Notes: generated by a model from the sequence alone, not told the origin. A stretch of 40,511 nt of DNA from a virus (IMGVR_UViG_3300017658_000007:1-40511), one strand, 5' to 3'. Numbered from the stretch's first letter, positions 16,364 to 24,930 are shown. Numbers and translations are program-made.

Positions 16364-16393
16364 AGTATAGGGGAGGATCACCCCTATTGTCAA
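16364..16393 (-). promoter_or_regulatory. strong promoter of the leftward cassette with internal operator
   Basis: TTGACA-18-TATACT, with the inverted repeat ATAGGGG-N7-CCCCTAT at 16367-16387. Confidence 0.82.
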
Positions 16394-16454
16394 GTGCCTT
16401 AGACAACGCGCCGGCAAGCACTGTCTGGTCACGGCGTACCGGTCGCGAGGCCTC

Positions 16455-16483
16455 TTGACATCGTCTCCGCATCGCGGTAGCCG
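16455..16483 (+). promoter_or_regulatory. putative rightward (late/PR'-like) promoter
   Basis: TTGACA-17-TAGCCG upstream of the RNA block; the -10 is weak. Confidence 0.5.
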
Positions 16484-16516
16484 TCAGTTACATCATCCTG
16501 CATGATTTGCGCCTTT

Positions 16517-16588
16517 GCTCCCACAAGGCACACGCCCTGAGGTAAATGGAATAGGGGAGGTTGGCGGGTTGGACTCCTGCCGTGGAGC
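16517..16588 (+). pseudogene. degenerate tRNA-like element
   Basis: GCTCC(C)AC...GTGGAGC acceptor-like pairing and T-arm GCGGG-TTGGACT-CCTGC; the D and anticodon arms are not canonical. Confidence 0.4.
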
Positions 16589-16599
16589 GGTTCGCGACC

Positions 16600-16636
16600 G
16601 CGCACGATAGCTCAACCGCAGTAGAGCGCCCCGGCC
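16600..16636 (+). pseudogene. tRNA 5'-half fragment
   Basis: TAGCTCAA..GTAGAGC D-arm signature with no following T-arm. Confidence 0.5.
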
Positions 16637-16647
16637 TTGCCATCACT

Positions 16648-16724
16648 GCCCAAGTAGCTCAGCAGGATAGAGCAGCCGCCTTCGAAGCGGCGGGTCCGGG
16701 GTTCGAATCCTCGCTAGGGCACCA
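16648..16724 (+). tRNA. tRNA-Arg(UCG)
   Basis: Acceptor GCCCAAG/CTAGGGC (one A-A mismatch), D-arm GCTC/GAGC, anticodon arm GCCGC-CTTCGAA-GCGGC, T-arm CGGGG-TTCGAAT-CCTCG, and an encoded ACCA end. Confidence 0.9.
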
Positions 16725-16734
16725 GTTTCGAGAA

Positions 16735-16940
16735 TTGGCGAGCGGTGTGGAAGGACACACCCGTTATTCGACGGTTGGGCCATTCTAGTCGGCAGAGGAC
16801 GCGCGCTGAAGCTGACGACGAGCCTAGGAACGGCGCCCTGCCACTCAGGTGCGAGTGCAGTCAGATCAACTGCACGGACGGCTTGATGCTAGCGTGGGGC
16901 GTCAAATCAATGGAGCCGGTTTCGAGCCCGGCCTCGCCAA
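16735..16940 (+). ncRNA. candidate structured RNA: tRNA-like frame with ~150-nt structured insert
   Basis: Terminal 8-bp stem TTGGCGAG/CTCGCCAA, D-like hairpin GTGTG-GAAGGA-CACAC, T-like hairpin GCCGG-TTTCGAGC-CCGGC, and four internal stems. Confidence 0.65.
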
Positions 16941-16948
16941 GTCACACA

Positions 16949-16978
16949 GCCCGCCCGGGAAACCGAGGCGGGTTTTTC
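16949..16978 (+). terminator. intrinsic terminator after the RNA block
   Basis: GCCCGCCCGG-GAAA-CCGAGGCGGG followed by TTTTT. Confidence 0.8.
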
Positions 16979-17026
16979 TATGCCCACGCAGCACATGGCC
17001 ATGCTCAACGACAGGCAGAAGCGCTG

Positions 17027-17407
17027 ATGACCAGCGGGACAAACCCAAAGCCGGAGCAGGACCCAGACACCGGCCGATTCGTTTCGGGCAATATCGGCGG
17101 CCCTGGCAGGGGCAAGGGGAATCGCAACAAGCTCGGCGAAGCCTTCATCGCGGACCTCTACGCCGACTGGCAGGAGCACGGCAGGGGCGCCGTGGCGAAG
17201 GTCCGCGAAGAGAAGCCCGACGCATATCTGAAGGTGGTCGCCTCGATCCTTCCGCGTGAAATCAAGGTCACCACGGAGCAAGACCTTGATGACGCCGAAC
17301 TCGATCGACGCATCCGGCAGCTTGCCGCCGCCCTATCCCTCGAAATCGGAGATCCGGAGGGAACTGGCGACGCTGCTGGCCGAGAAGAAGCGCCGTCGCG
17401 ACACTAA
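17027..17407 (+). CDS. terS: terminase small subunit (putative)
   Basis: DPDTGRFVSGN.GGPGRGKGNRNKLGEAFIADLYADWQEHG...YLKVVASILP; lies immediately upstream of TerL. Confidence 0.75.
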   Translation: MTSGTNPKPEQDPDTGRFVSGNIGGPGRGKGNRNKLGEAFIADLYADWQEHGRGAVAKVREEKPDAYLKVVASILPREIKVTTEQDLDDAELDRRIRQLAAALSLEIGDPEGTGDAAGREEAPSRH

Positions 17408-18041
17408 CCAGCTCGCGCAGTACCGACCTTACGCCAAGCAAGCCGAGTTCCACGCAGCCGGTCGCGCCCACCGCGAGCGGCTGTTCATGGCCGGCAACCA
17501 GCTCGGCAAGACTCGGGCGGGCGGCGCCGAATGGGCTATCCACCTAACGGGGCGATATCCCGACTGGTGGGAGGGCAAGGTCTTCAACGCGCCGGTACGG
17601 ATGTGGGCCGCGGGGGTGACGGGGGAGTCGACCCGGGACAACCCGCAGCGCGTTCTTGTCGGCCCACCGGAGCAGCAGGAGGCGTGGGGCACCGGGATGA
17701 TCCCGGCAGACGCCATTGTCGACACGATGATGGCGCGGGGCATCGCCAACGCGCTCGACAGCATCGTTGTTCGCTGGGGCGGCGGCGGGGACGTCCAGGC
17801 CGGGCACAGCGCGCTGGCGTTCAAGAGCTATGAGAAGGGCCGGGAGAAATGGCAGGGCGAAACCCTGCACGGGGTTTGGTTCGATGAGGAGCCAGGCGCC
17901 GACATCTACGGAGAGGGGCTGACACGGACGAACGCGACGGGCGGGATTACGATCGTTACGTTCACGCCGCTCAAAGGAATGTCGGAAGTGGTCATGCTGT
18001 TCCTCACCCAGGAGCAGTTGAAGGAGATGACGGCACGGTGA
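17289..18041 (+). CDS. terL: terminase large subunit, N-terminal ATPase part
   Basis: YAKQAEFH, Walker A MAGNQLGKT, Walker B VWFDEEP and coupling motif TFTP. The start is uncertain and overlaps terS. Confidence 0.9.
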   Translation: MTPNSIDASGSLPPPYPSKSEIRRELATLLAEKKRRRDTNQLAQYRPYAKQAEFHAAGRAHRERLFMAGNQLGKTRAGGAEWAIHLTGRYPDWWEGKVFNAPVRMWAAGVTGESTRDNPQRVLVGPPEQQEAWGTGMIPADAIVDTMMARGIANALDSIVVRWGGGGDVQAGHSALAFKSYEKGREKWQGETLHGVWFDEEPGADIYGEGLTRTNATGGITIVTFTPLKGMSEVVMLFLTQEQLKEMTAR

Positions 18042-18784
18042 CGCGGCACGTGACGTTCATGACCATCGACGATGCGGAGCACTACACGCCGGAGCAGCGC
18101 TCCGCGATCGTCGCCGGATATCTGCCGCACGAGCGAGAGGCGCGGGCGAAGGGCATCCCGGTCATGGGATCGGGTCGCATCTTCCCGGTGCCGGAAGAAG
18201 ACATCGCCTGCGACATCATTGAAATCCCGAAGTGGTGGGCGCGCCTCGGGGCAATGGATTTTGGCTGGGATCACCCGTTCGCCGCCGTTGAACTGGCCTG
18301 GGACAAGGATGCCGACATCGTCTACGTGACGAAGGCCTATCGTAAGAGCGAGGCGACACCGGTTATCCATTCTGCCGCGCTGAAGCCATGGGGCGCCCTT
18401 CGCTGGATGTGGCCGCGGGACGGCAACCGCCAGACGCTGGAAGGCGCCGGCAAGGCGCTCGCGGTCCAGTTCGTCGCGCAGGGTCTCGATATGCACCCCG
18501 ACCATGCGCAGTTTGCAGATGGCTCCGTCAGCGTCGAGGCCGGGCTGATGGAAATGCTCGACCGGATGCAGACCGGGCGTTTCAAGGTCTTCCGGCACCT
18601 GACCGAGTGGTTCGAGGAATTCCGCCTATACCACCGCGACAAGGGTGTCGTCGTGAAGCTCATGGACGATCTTATGTCGGCCACCCGTTACGGGGTCATG
18701 ATGCTGCGGTTTGCCGAGCCGCTCGAAGACGAGCGCCCCAGGCCTGATCGCCACTACGGCGGCGCCGGGGCGTGGATGGGCTAG
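18038..18784 (+). CDS. terL: terminase large subunit, C-terminal nuclease part
   Basis: EREARAKGIP.MGSGRIFP, AMDFGWDHPFA, WPRDG, EFRLYHR and DDLMSATRYG. Confidence 0.9.
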   Translation: MTRHVTFMTIDDAEHYTPEQRSAIVAGYLPHEREARAKGIPVMGSGRIFPVPEEDIACDIIEIPKWWARLGAMDFGWDHPFAAVELAWDKDADIVYVTKAYRKSEATPVIHSAALKPWGALRWMWPRDGNRQTLEGAGKALAVQFVAQGLDMHPDHAQFADGSVSVEAGLMEMLDRMQTGRFKVFRHLTEWFEEFRLYHRDKGVVVKLMDDLMSATRYGVMMLRFAEPLEDERPRPDRHYGGAGAWMG

Positions 18785-18803
18785 CCCAAAGGGCGCGCAA
18801 CGC

Positions 18804-20969
18804 ATGGCCGAACCCGACGACATGACCGACACCGAGCGTGCCGGCGGCGAAGCCGTGCGCGATATCCTGGCGGAGGCGCGCGCGGCGTTCGAACTGGCGC
18901 AGGAGGCCGAGGACGAGAATCGTGCCGCGGCCGAGGATGACCTTCGCTTTGCTCGGTTATCGGAGCAGTGGCCGGAAGCAATCAGGCAGGAGCGGGAGAA
19001 GGAAGGCCGTCCCTGTCTGACGATCCCACGGATGAACGCATTCATTCGCCAGGTGGTCAACGATGCCCGCCAGAACAAGCCGTCGATCAAGGTCCACCCG
19101 GCCGACAGCGGCGCCGATGTCGAAACCGCGGAAATCATCAGCGGGCTGATCCGCAACATCGAATATGCGTCGAATGCCGATGTCGCCTACGACACTGCGG
19201 TTGAGTACGCGGTGTCCTCCAGTGTCGGATATTTCCGGATCGGTCTCGACTACGCCTTTGACGACACGTTCGACCTCGACATCACGATCAACCGGGTTTC
19301 GGATCCGTTCCTGATCTACGGGGACCCGCATTCGACCTCCGCCGATTCATCGGACTGGAATTCCGCCTTCGTCGTCGAGCGCATGACGAAGGACCGCTTT
19401 GAGGCGAAGTGGAAGGGCGCCGACCCCGTCGACTGGGCCGGGGACTATGCCGATCTCCCCGCGCCATGGTGCGACGACGAGACGGTGATGGTCGCGGAAT
19501 GGTGGACGCGCGACGAGGTCGAGCGCCCCATCGTCAAGCTGTCCGACGGGACGATCGTCGACGCCGACTGGCTGGCGAAACCGTTCGATGAGAGCGGCAT
19601 CCCGCGCGTCGCAATGCTCGCGACGCAGGGCATCAGGCCGGTAGCCGAGCGCAAGACCAAGGCGCACAAGGTCACGCAGCGCATCATGACCGGCGCGGAG
19701 GAGTTGGAGGCCAACGACTGGCCCGGGCGGTACATCCCGATCGTGCCGGTCTACGGCGACGAAGTCATCGTTGACGGCAAGCGCTACCTCCGCTCCCTGA
19801 TCCGCGACGCGAAGGACGCGCAGCGGATGTTCAACTACTGGCGCACCAACTCGACGGAGCTGGTGGCGCTGGCCCCGCGCATTCCGTTCATCGGGCCGAA
19901 AGGTGCATTCAAGACCGACGCCAACAAGTGGGCGACGGCGAACCGGGTCAGCCACGCATTCATCGAATACGACCCCGTTGCCGGGGGCGGCGTCCCGCAG
20001 CGACAGCCGCTCGACTTCGGGCCGGCGGCCGGGGCGTTGCAGGAGGCGCTGAACGCCTCGGACGACATGAAGTCGATCATGGGGCTCTACGACGCCAGCC
20101 TTGGCGCTCGGAGCAATGAGACATCGGGCCGGGCCATTCTTGCCCGGCAGAGGGAGGGGGATGTATCCACCTTCCACTTCATCGACAACCTCAACCGTGC
20201 GATCCGGCATGCCGGCCGCATCATCATCGACTTGATTCCTCACGTTTACACGGCGGAACGCATCGTGCGCGTGATCGGTGAGGACGGATCGCCGAAGACG
20301 ATCCCGATCGGCAAGCCGACCCCTGTGACGAGCAAGGACGGCCGTCCGCAAACGGACGGTCAGGGCAATCCGATCGTGAAGGTCTACGACCTCGCCGCCG
20401 GCAAGTACGACCTGACGGTGTCGTCTGGCCCCTCGTTCACGACGCGCCGCGAAGAAGCCGCGGCACAGATGACGGAGATGATCCGGGCCTTCCCCGCGGC
20501 GGCTCCGATGATCGGGGACATCCTCGCCAGGAACCTCGATTGGCCTGGTGCTGACGAGATCGCGGAGCGCCTGAAGCCGAAGGACGCCGAGGGCCTGCCC
20601 CCTGAGGTTCAGGAGATGATCAAGAAGGGGCAGGAGCTGATCGCCGAGCAGGCCGAGGAACTGAAGGCGCTCAAGACCGACAAGGCGATCGACGCAAAGA
20701 AAGCGGAGATCGACGGCTACAAGGCGGAGACGGATCGCCTCAAGCTGGTCCTGCCGATGCTGGAGCCCGAACAGCTTCTGGCCGTCGCCCTGCAGACGAC
20801 GCAGCAGGCGGTCCAGAGCCCCGACGTGGCGCCGGAGAGCGCCCTTGGGATGGCGCCGCCTCGCGCGGCGTCGATGCCGATGGCAAACGGGGCAGGCCAG
20901 CCAGTGAATGCCCCGACCATGCCCGCGCCCGGGATGCCGCCCTTCGGGCCCGGGCCGGGCGGTCAGTAG
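18804..20969 (+). CDS. portal protein (P22-like)
   Basis: EDDLRF..EQWP, RPCLT, PGRYIPIVPVYG, KDAQRMFNYW, SNETSGRAILARQ, GKYDL.V..GPSF.TRREEA. Confidence 0.93.
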   Translation: MAEPDDMTDTERAGGEAVRDILAEARAAFELAQEAEDENRAAAEDDLRFARLSEQWPEAIRQEREKEGRPCLTIPRMNAFIRQVVNDARQNKPSIKVHPADSGADVETAEIISGLIRNIEYASNADVAYDTAVEYAVSSSVGYFRIGLDYAFDDTFDLDITINRVSDPFLIYGDPHSTSADSSDWNSAFVVERMTKDRFEAKWKGADPVDWAGDYADLPAPWCDDETVMVAEWWTRDEVERPIVKLSDGTIVDADWLAKPFDESGIPRVAMLATQGIRPVAERKTKAHKVTQRIMTGAEELEANDWPGRYIPIVPVYGDEVIVDGKRYLRSLIRDAKDAQRMFNYWRTNSTELVALAPRIPFIGPKGAFKTDANKWATANRVSHAFIEYDPVAGGGVPQRQPLDFGPAAGALQEALNASDDMKSIMGLYDASLGARSNETSGRAILARQREGDVSTFHFIDNLNRAIRHAGRIIIDLIPHVYTAERIVRVIGEDGSPKTIPIGKPTPVTSKDGRPQTDGQGNPIVKVYDLAAGKYDLTVSSGPSFTTRREEAAAQMTEMIRAFPAAAPMIGDILARNLDWPGADEIAERLKPKDAEGLPPEVQEMIKKGQELIAEQAEELKALKTDKAIDAKKAEIDGYKAETDRLKLVLPMLEPEQLLAVALQTTQQAVQSPDVAPESALGMAPPRAASMPMANGAGQPVNAPTMPAPGMPPFGPGPGGQ

Positions 20970-20981
20970 GAGACCGCGCTG

Positions 20982-21275
20982 ATGGCGACGCTCGACATCT
21001 CGGAGTTCACAGGCCTCGCGCTCAACGGCAACTCGCCGTTCGTGCAGGAGCCGGCCGTTGCGAATTCCACCGTGACGTTTACGACGGCGACGCAGAGCTC
21101 GGCATTCACAGATCGCACCAGCATCGTGAAGCTGGTCCCGAGCGCGGACTGCCGGATCGTCTTCGGCGACAACCCCACGGCGGTCGCCACCAGCGAGTTT
21201 CTAGCCGCGAACCAGGAAGTCTGGCGCGGCGTCAGGCCCGGACAGAAGCTGTCGGTCTACGACGGCAGTTCATAG
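20982..21275 (+). CDS. small beta-rich head-module protein
   Basis: AGGAG RBS; lies between portal and scaffold. Confidence 0.75.
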   Translation: MATLDISEFTGLALNGNSPFVQEPAVANSTVTFTTATQSSAFTDRTSIVKLVPSADCRIVFGDNPTAVATSEFLAANQEVWRGVRPGQKLSVYDGSS

Positions 21276-21318
21276 CCGGCCGCCAACGTCACCAACCGCA
21301 ACACGGAGTGATGCAACG

Positions 21319-22227
21319 ATGCCTCCCGGCAGCGAACAGGAAGATATCATCGAGGCCCCGGCCGGCACGGAGCCGGCGGCGGGGGAGTCCGACGACACCG
21401 ACATCGAGCAGGAAGGCGAAAGCCTCGACGGCGCCGATGAGGAACTGGAGGGCGACGAGCAGGACGAGTCATCCGGTCTCGAGGAGATCGAGTATGAGGG
21501 CGAGCGCTACGCCGTCCCGGCCAAGCTGAAGGAGGCCTTCCTTCGCCAGTCCGACTACACCCGCAAGACGCAGGTGCTGGGCGAGGACCGGCGGCAGGTG
21601 GAGGCTGCGCGCGAGATCATCGCCGCGCAGCACAAGGCCCTGGAAGAGGACCGCGAGGACCTCGGCAAGCTGGCCAGCGTCGATGCCCAGATCAAGCACT
21701 ATCAGCAATACACCCAGGCTCAATGGGATCAGTTCCACGAGCAGAACCCCATCGAGGCGCAGAAGCTGTGGCGCCATTATCAGAGCCTGAAGGACTCCCG
21801 CGGCGATGTCGTCGCGGCACTTGAGAAGCGAGCCACCGAACGACGCGAGACTGCGGCGCGAGATTTCGCCAACCGCACCGCCAAAGCGGTCAGTGAGCTG
21901 CAGCGAGACATCAAGGGCTTTGGTCCGGAAGTGGCCAACGCCATCACGGAGTTCGGCGTCAGCCAGGGCTACACCCGCGAGGAGCTTTCGAGCATCGCGG
22001 ACAGCCGGCCGATCAAGATCCTCCACAAGGCCATGCTGTACGACCAGCTCATGGCCAAGCAGCAGAAGGGCGCCGCCCGACAGTCCAACCCCTCCGCGAC
22101 GGTGAAGCCGCTGAAGCAGGTCTCCAAGGGGACCTCGCGACCGGCGGCCTCATCGGCCCCGTCCGACAAGGACTCGGACGAGGAGTGGCTGAAAAAGCGG
22201 ATGGCCCAAGTCCAGAAACGCGCCTGA
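21319..22227 (+). CDS. capsid scaffolding protein
   Basis: Acidic N-terminus, LRQSDYTRKTQ motif and coiled coil; precedes the coat gene. Confidence 0.85.
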   Translation: MPPGSEQEDIIEAPAGTEPAAGESDDTDIEQEGESLDGADEELEGDEQDESSGLEEIEYEGERYAVPAKLKEAFLRQSDYTRKTQVLGEDRRQVEAAREIIAAQHKALEEDREDLGKLASVDAQIKHYQQYTQAQWDQFHEQNPIEAQKLWRHYQSLKDSRGDVVAALEKRATERRETAARDFANRTAKAVSELQRDIKGFGPEVANAITEFGVSQGYTREELSSIADSRPIKILHKAMLYDQLMAKQQKGAARQSNPSATVKPLKQVSKGTSRPAASSAPSDKDSDEEWLKKRMAQVQKRA

Positions 22228-22253
22228 CCGAGCCGACCCCGCCCGCATGACCG

Positions 22254-22277
22254 GCCGCCCTCCGAGGCGGCTTTTTT
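22254..22277 (+). terminator. terminator-like hairpin between scaffold and coat genes
   Basis: GCCGCC-CTCCGA-GGCGGC-TTTTTT. Confidence 0.7.
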
Positions 22278-22327
22278 CATGCGCGGGGCTCCGGTGAGGC
22301 GCCACAGCCTCAAAGGATCAGCCTCCA

Positions 22328-23536
22328 ATGGCCAATTCCATTCTGACCCCTGTGGCGGTCACGCGGGAATCCCTCCGCGTGCTGCACCAGAAGCTCAATT
22401 TCGTCGGCTCCATCAACCGGCAGTACGACGAGAGCTTCGCCAAGACCGGCGCCAAGATCGGTGATTCCCTGAAGGTCCGGCTGCCGAACCAGTATAAGGT
22501 TCGCACCGGGCGCGTGATGGACGTGCAGGACACCATCGAGTCGAGCGTGACCCTGCCGGTGCAGACCATCAAGGGCGTCGACATGAGCTTCACGCTCGCC
22601 GACCTCACCCTGTCGCTGGACGATTTCTCCAAGCGGATCATCCAGCCGGCCATGTCGGTCCTGGCGGCCAACATCGAGGCCGACGCGCTCTCGATGTACA
22701 AGGACGTCTACAACCAGGTGAACAACCAGGGCGCGGCGATCACCATGAACAAGGTGCTCCAGGCCCGGAAGCATCTGGTCGACAACCTTGCCCCGGCGGG
22801 CGACTGGCAGGCGCTTCTGAACACCCAGGACAACATCGACCTCGTCGATGCGACCAAGGGCCTGTTCCAGGACTCCACCAAGATCGCGCAGCAGTACCGC
22901 GAAGGCTACATGGGTCGCACTGCCGGCTTCGACTTCGCGGAGAATACGCTGCTCCCGGCGCACACCCGCGGTGCGGCGGATACCGCCTACACCACGGACA
23001 CCCGGACCTCGGCTCTCCCGACCACCGAGCCGAATACTCCGGTCACGTCGATCACCGTGGCTTCCGGCGCCAACGCCATGAACAAGGGCGATGTCTTCAC
23101 CATCGCCAATGTCTACCGCGTGCACCCGGAAACCAAGGTGTCGACCGGCGTCCTGCAGCAGTTCGTCGTCGCGACGGACTACACGGGCGGTGCCGGTTCG
23201 GTCACCATCAGCCCGGCGATCATCCTCGCCGGCCCGAAGCAGAACGTCACGATCCCGAGCACTTCGGCGACCGCTGGCCTCACCTTCGCCGGCACGGCGT
23301 CGACCGCTCACGGCATCTCGCTCGCCTACCAGAAGGACGCCTTCCTCTTCGCGACGGCCGACCTTCTGCTCCCGGATGGCGTCGACTTCGCCGCCCGGAA
23401 GGTGCAGGACGGCATCTCCATGACCATCGTCCGGCAGTACGACATCAACAACATGTCGATGCCCTGCCGCGTGGACGTGCTCTACGGGTACGTGACCGCC
23501 CGCCCGCAACTCGCGAGCCGCATCGCCAACAACTAG
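22328..23536 (+). CDS. major capsid protein (P22 coat family)
   Basis: MANSILT, AKIGDSLKVRLP, LSLDDFSKRII.PAM..LA, GDVFTIANV and CRVDVLYG. Confidence 0.93.
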   Translation: MANSILTPVAVTRESLRVLHQKLNFVGSINRQYDESFAKTGAKIGDSLKVRLPNQYKVRTGRVMDVQDTIESSVTLPVQTIKGVDMSFTLADLTLSLDDFSKRIIQPAMSVLAANIEADALSMYKDVYNQVNNQGAAITMNKVLQARKHLVDNLAPAGDWQALLNTQDNIDLVDATKGLFQDSTKIAQQYREGYMGRTAGFDFAENTLLPAHTRGAADTAYTTDTRTSALPTTEPNTPVTSITVASGANAMNKGDVFTIANVYRVHPETKVSTGVLQQFVVATDYTGGAGSVTISPAIILAGPKQNVTIPSTSATAGLTFAGTASTAHGISLAYQKDAFLFATADLLLPDGVDFAARKVQDGISMTIVRQYDINNMSMPCRVDVLYGYVTARPQLASRIANN

Positions 23537-23619
23537 GGCCGACCACGGCCTGAGGTCGGCGCGGCTCGCAGCGCCGACCCGCTCTCTGAACCAATCAACA
23601 CCCCTGAAAGGAGCCGGCT

Positions 23620-23859
23620 ATGGCTATCGGCAAGCAACTCTCGGACGGCAACCCCGATGGCTCGTGCCTCGGGCAGTCCGCCACCGACAAGGTCGCCTTC
23701 TACGGCGCCGCGCCCGTGGCGCAGCGTAGCGGGGCAGCGCAAGCCACGTCGATCATCGGCACCGCGTCGCTGACCGCCCTCTCGACCGCGCAGGTCGCCT
23801 ATCTCGCGGAGATCGGCAACACCCTCACTGCGCTGGGGCTCTGGAAGGGCTCGGCGTAG
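23620..23859 (+). CDS. small putative head/decoration protein
   Basis: AAGGAG RBS; LGQSATDKVAFYGAAPVAQ...LTALGLWKG; directly after the coat gene. Confidence 0.75.
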   Translation: MAIGKQLSDGNPDGSCLGQSATDKVAFYGAAPVAQRSGAAQATSIIGTASLTALSTAQVAYLAEIGNTLTALGLWKGSA

Positions 23860-24566
23860 TGCCCGCGGCGCCGGGCAAGGTCGTCTTCGCGACGCCCACT
23901 GTTGCCCGGCCCCATGCGCCCTATCTCGCGGCGCTCGAAGCATCGGTGCCGGCCCTCGACGCGGCCGGCATCGACCATTCCGCCGTCTTCGAGGTCGGCA
24001 ATCCGTACATTTCGTGCGCTCGCGCGACGATGCTGCGGAAGGCGCTGGATGCCGGGGCGGAGATCGTCGTCTTCATCGACCATGACCTGTCGTGGCGCCC
24101 TGGCGATCTGGTGAAGCTGATCCGGACTGAGGGCGATGTCGTCGCCGGCCTCTACCGCTTCCGCAAGGCCGAAGCCGAATACATGGGCTCGATCTTCGCC
24201 GATGGTGAGGGCCGGCCCATGCTTCGTGAAGACGGCTGCATCAGGGGCGAGAATGTCCCGGCCGGCTTTCTCAAGGTGACGCGGGCGGCTGTCGCAAGGC
24301 TGATGCGGGCCTATCCGGGCCTGATCTACGGCGATCCGATCAGCCCGCACTTCGATCTGTTCAACCATGGTGCCCATGAAGGGCTCTGGTGGGGCGAGGA
24401 CTATGCCTTTTCACGCCGCTGGCGAGAATGCGGCGGCGAAATCTGGATCGTCCCCGACCTCGACCTGACGCATCACGGGGCCGACGAAGCGTACCCAGGC
24501 AATTACCACAACTTCCTCCTCCGCCAGCCCGGCGGGAGCGAGGACCCCGCCAGGATTGCAGCATGA
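23859..24566 (+). CDS. glycosyltransferase (GT-A/GT2-like)
   Basis: VVFATP, ISCARA, VVFIDHD (DxD), PAGFLKVTR, GEDYAFSRRW..GGEIW and LTHHG. Confidence 0.85.
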   Translation: MPAAPGKVVFATPTVARPHAPYLAALEASVPALDAAGIDHSAVFEVGNPYISCARATMLRKALDAGAEIVVFIDHDLSWRPGDLVKLIRTEGDVVAGLYRFRKAEAEYMGSIFADGEGRPMLREDGCIRGENVPAGFLKVTRAAVARLMRAYPGLIYGDPISPHFDLFNHGAHEGLWWGEDYAFSRRWRECGGEIWIVPDLDLTHHGADEAYPGNYHNFLLRQPGGSEDPARIAA

Positions 24567-24928
24567 GCACCGTAGAGACGCCTGCCGCTCGGACGGCTGT
24601 CGATATCCCTGATGGCTGGCGCGAGCTTGGCTGGCCGGCACTCCGCTCCCTCGCGTCGAAGCTCACGGACGAGCCCGTGCGGGACAAGGACGATGCGGTG
24701 CGGGCGATCATGGCGGAGTTCCAGCGTCGTGCGATGCGGGTGCCGGCGATCGAGGCGCCTCCGCGCGTCATCCCGACGGTGGAGATCCCGCCGGACTGGC
24801 ACGAGACGATGAGCGTTGCGCAGATCATCGACCTCGCCCGCCAGATCGAGCCTGCCGGCAACCCTGTCGAAGTCATCCGGGCCGAACTGGCCCGTCGTTC
24901 GTCAATCACCCCTGCGAAAGGAGCCTGA
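24563..24928 (+). CDS. hypothetical protein with two internal helical repeats
   Basis: VDIPDGWREL..LRSLASKL..AEFQRR and VEIPPDWHET..IIDLARQI..AELARR. Confidence 0.72.
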   Translation: MSTVETPAARTAVDIPDGWRELGWPALRSLASKLTDEPVRDKDDAVRAIMAEFQRRAMRVPAIEAPPRVIPTVEIPPDWHETMSVAQIIDLARQIEPAGNPVEVIRAELARRSSITPAKGA

Positions 24929-24930
24929 CC

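Noticed and set aside
16648-16724. tRNA as prophage attachment site
   Set aside because: It lies mid-genome between early and packaging genes, with no integrase nearby and no duplicated 3' end seen.
16735-16940. tmRNA or intron-containing tRNA
   Set aside because: No GGGG 5' end, no G3-U70 pair and no short tag ORF ending in AA-stop. No anticodon stem halves or group I core were recognised.
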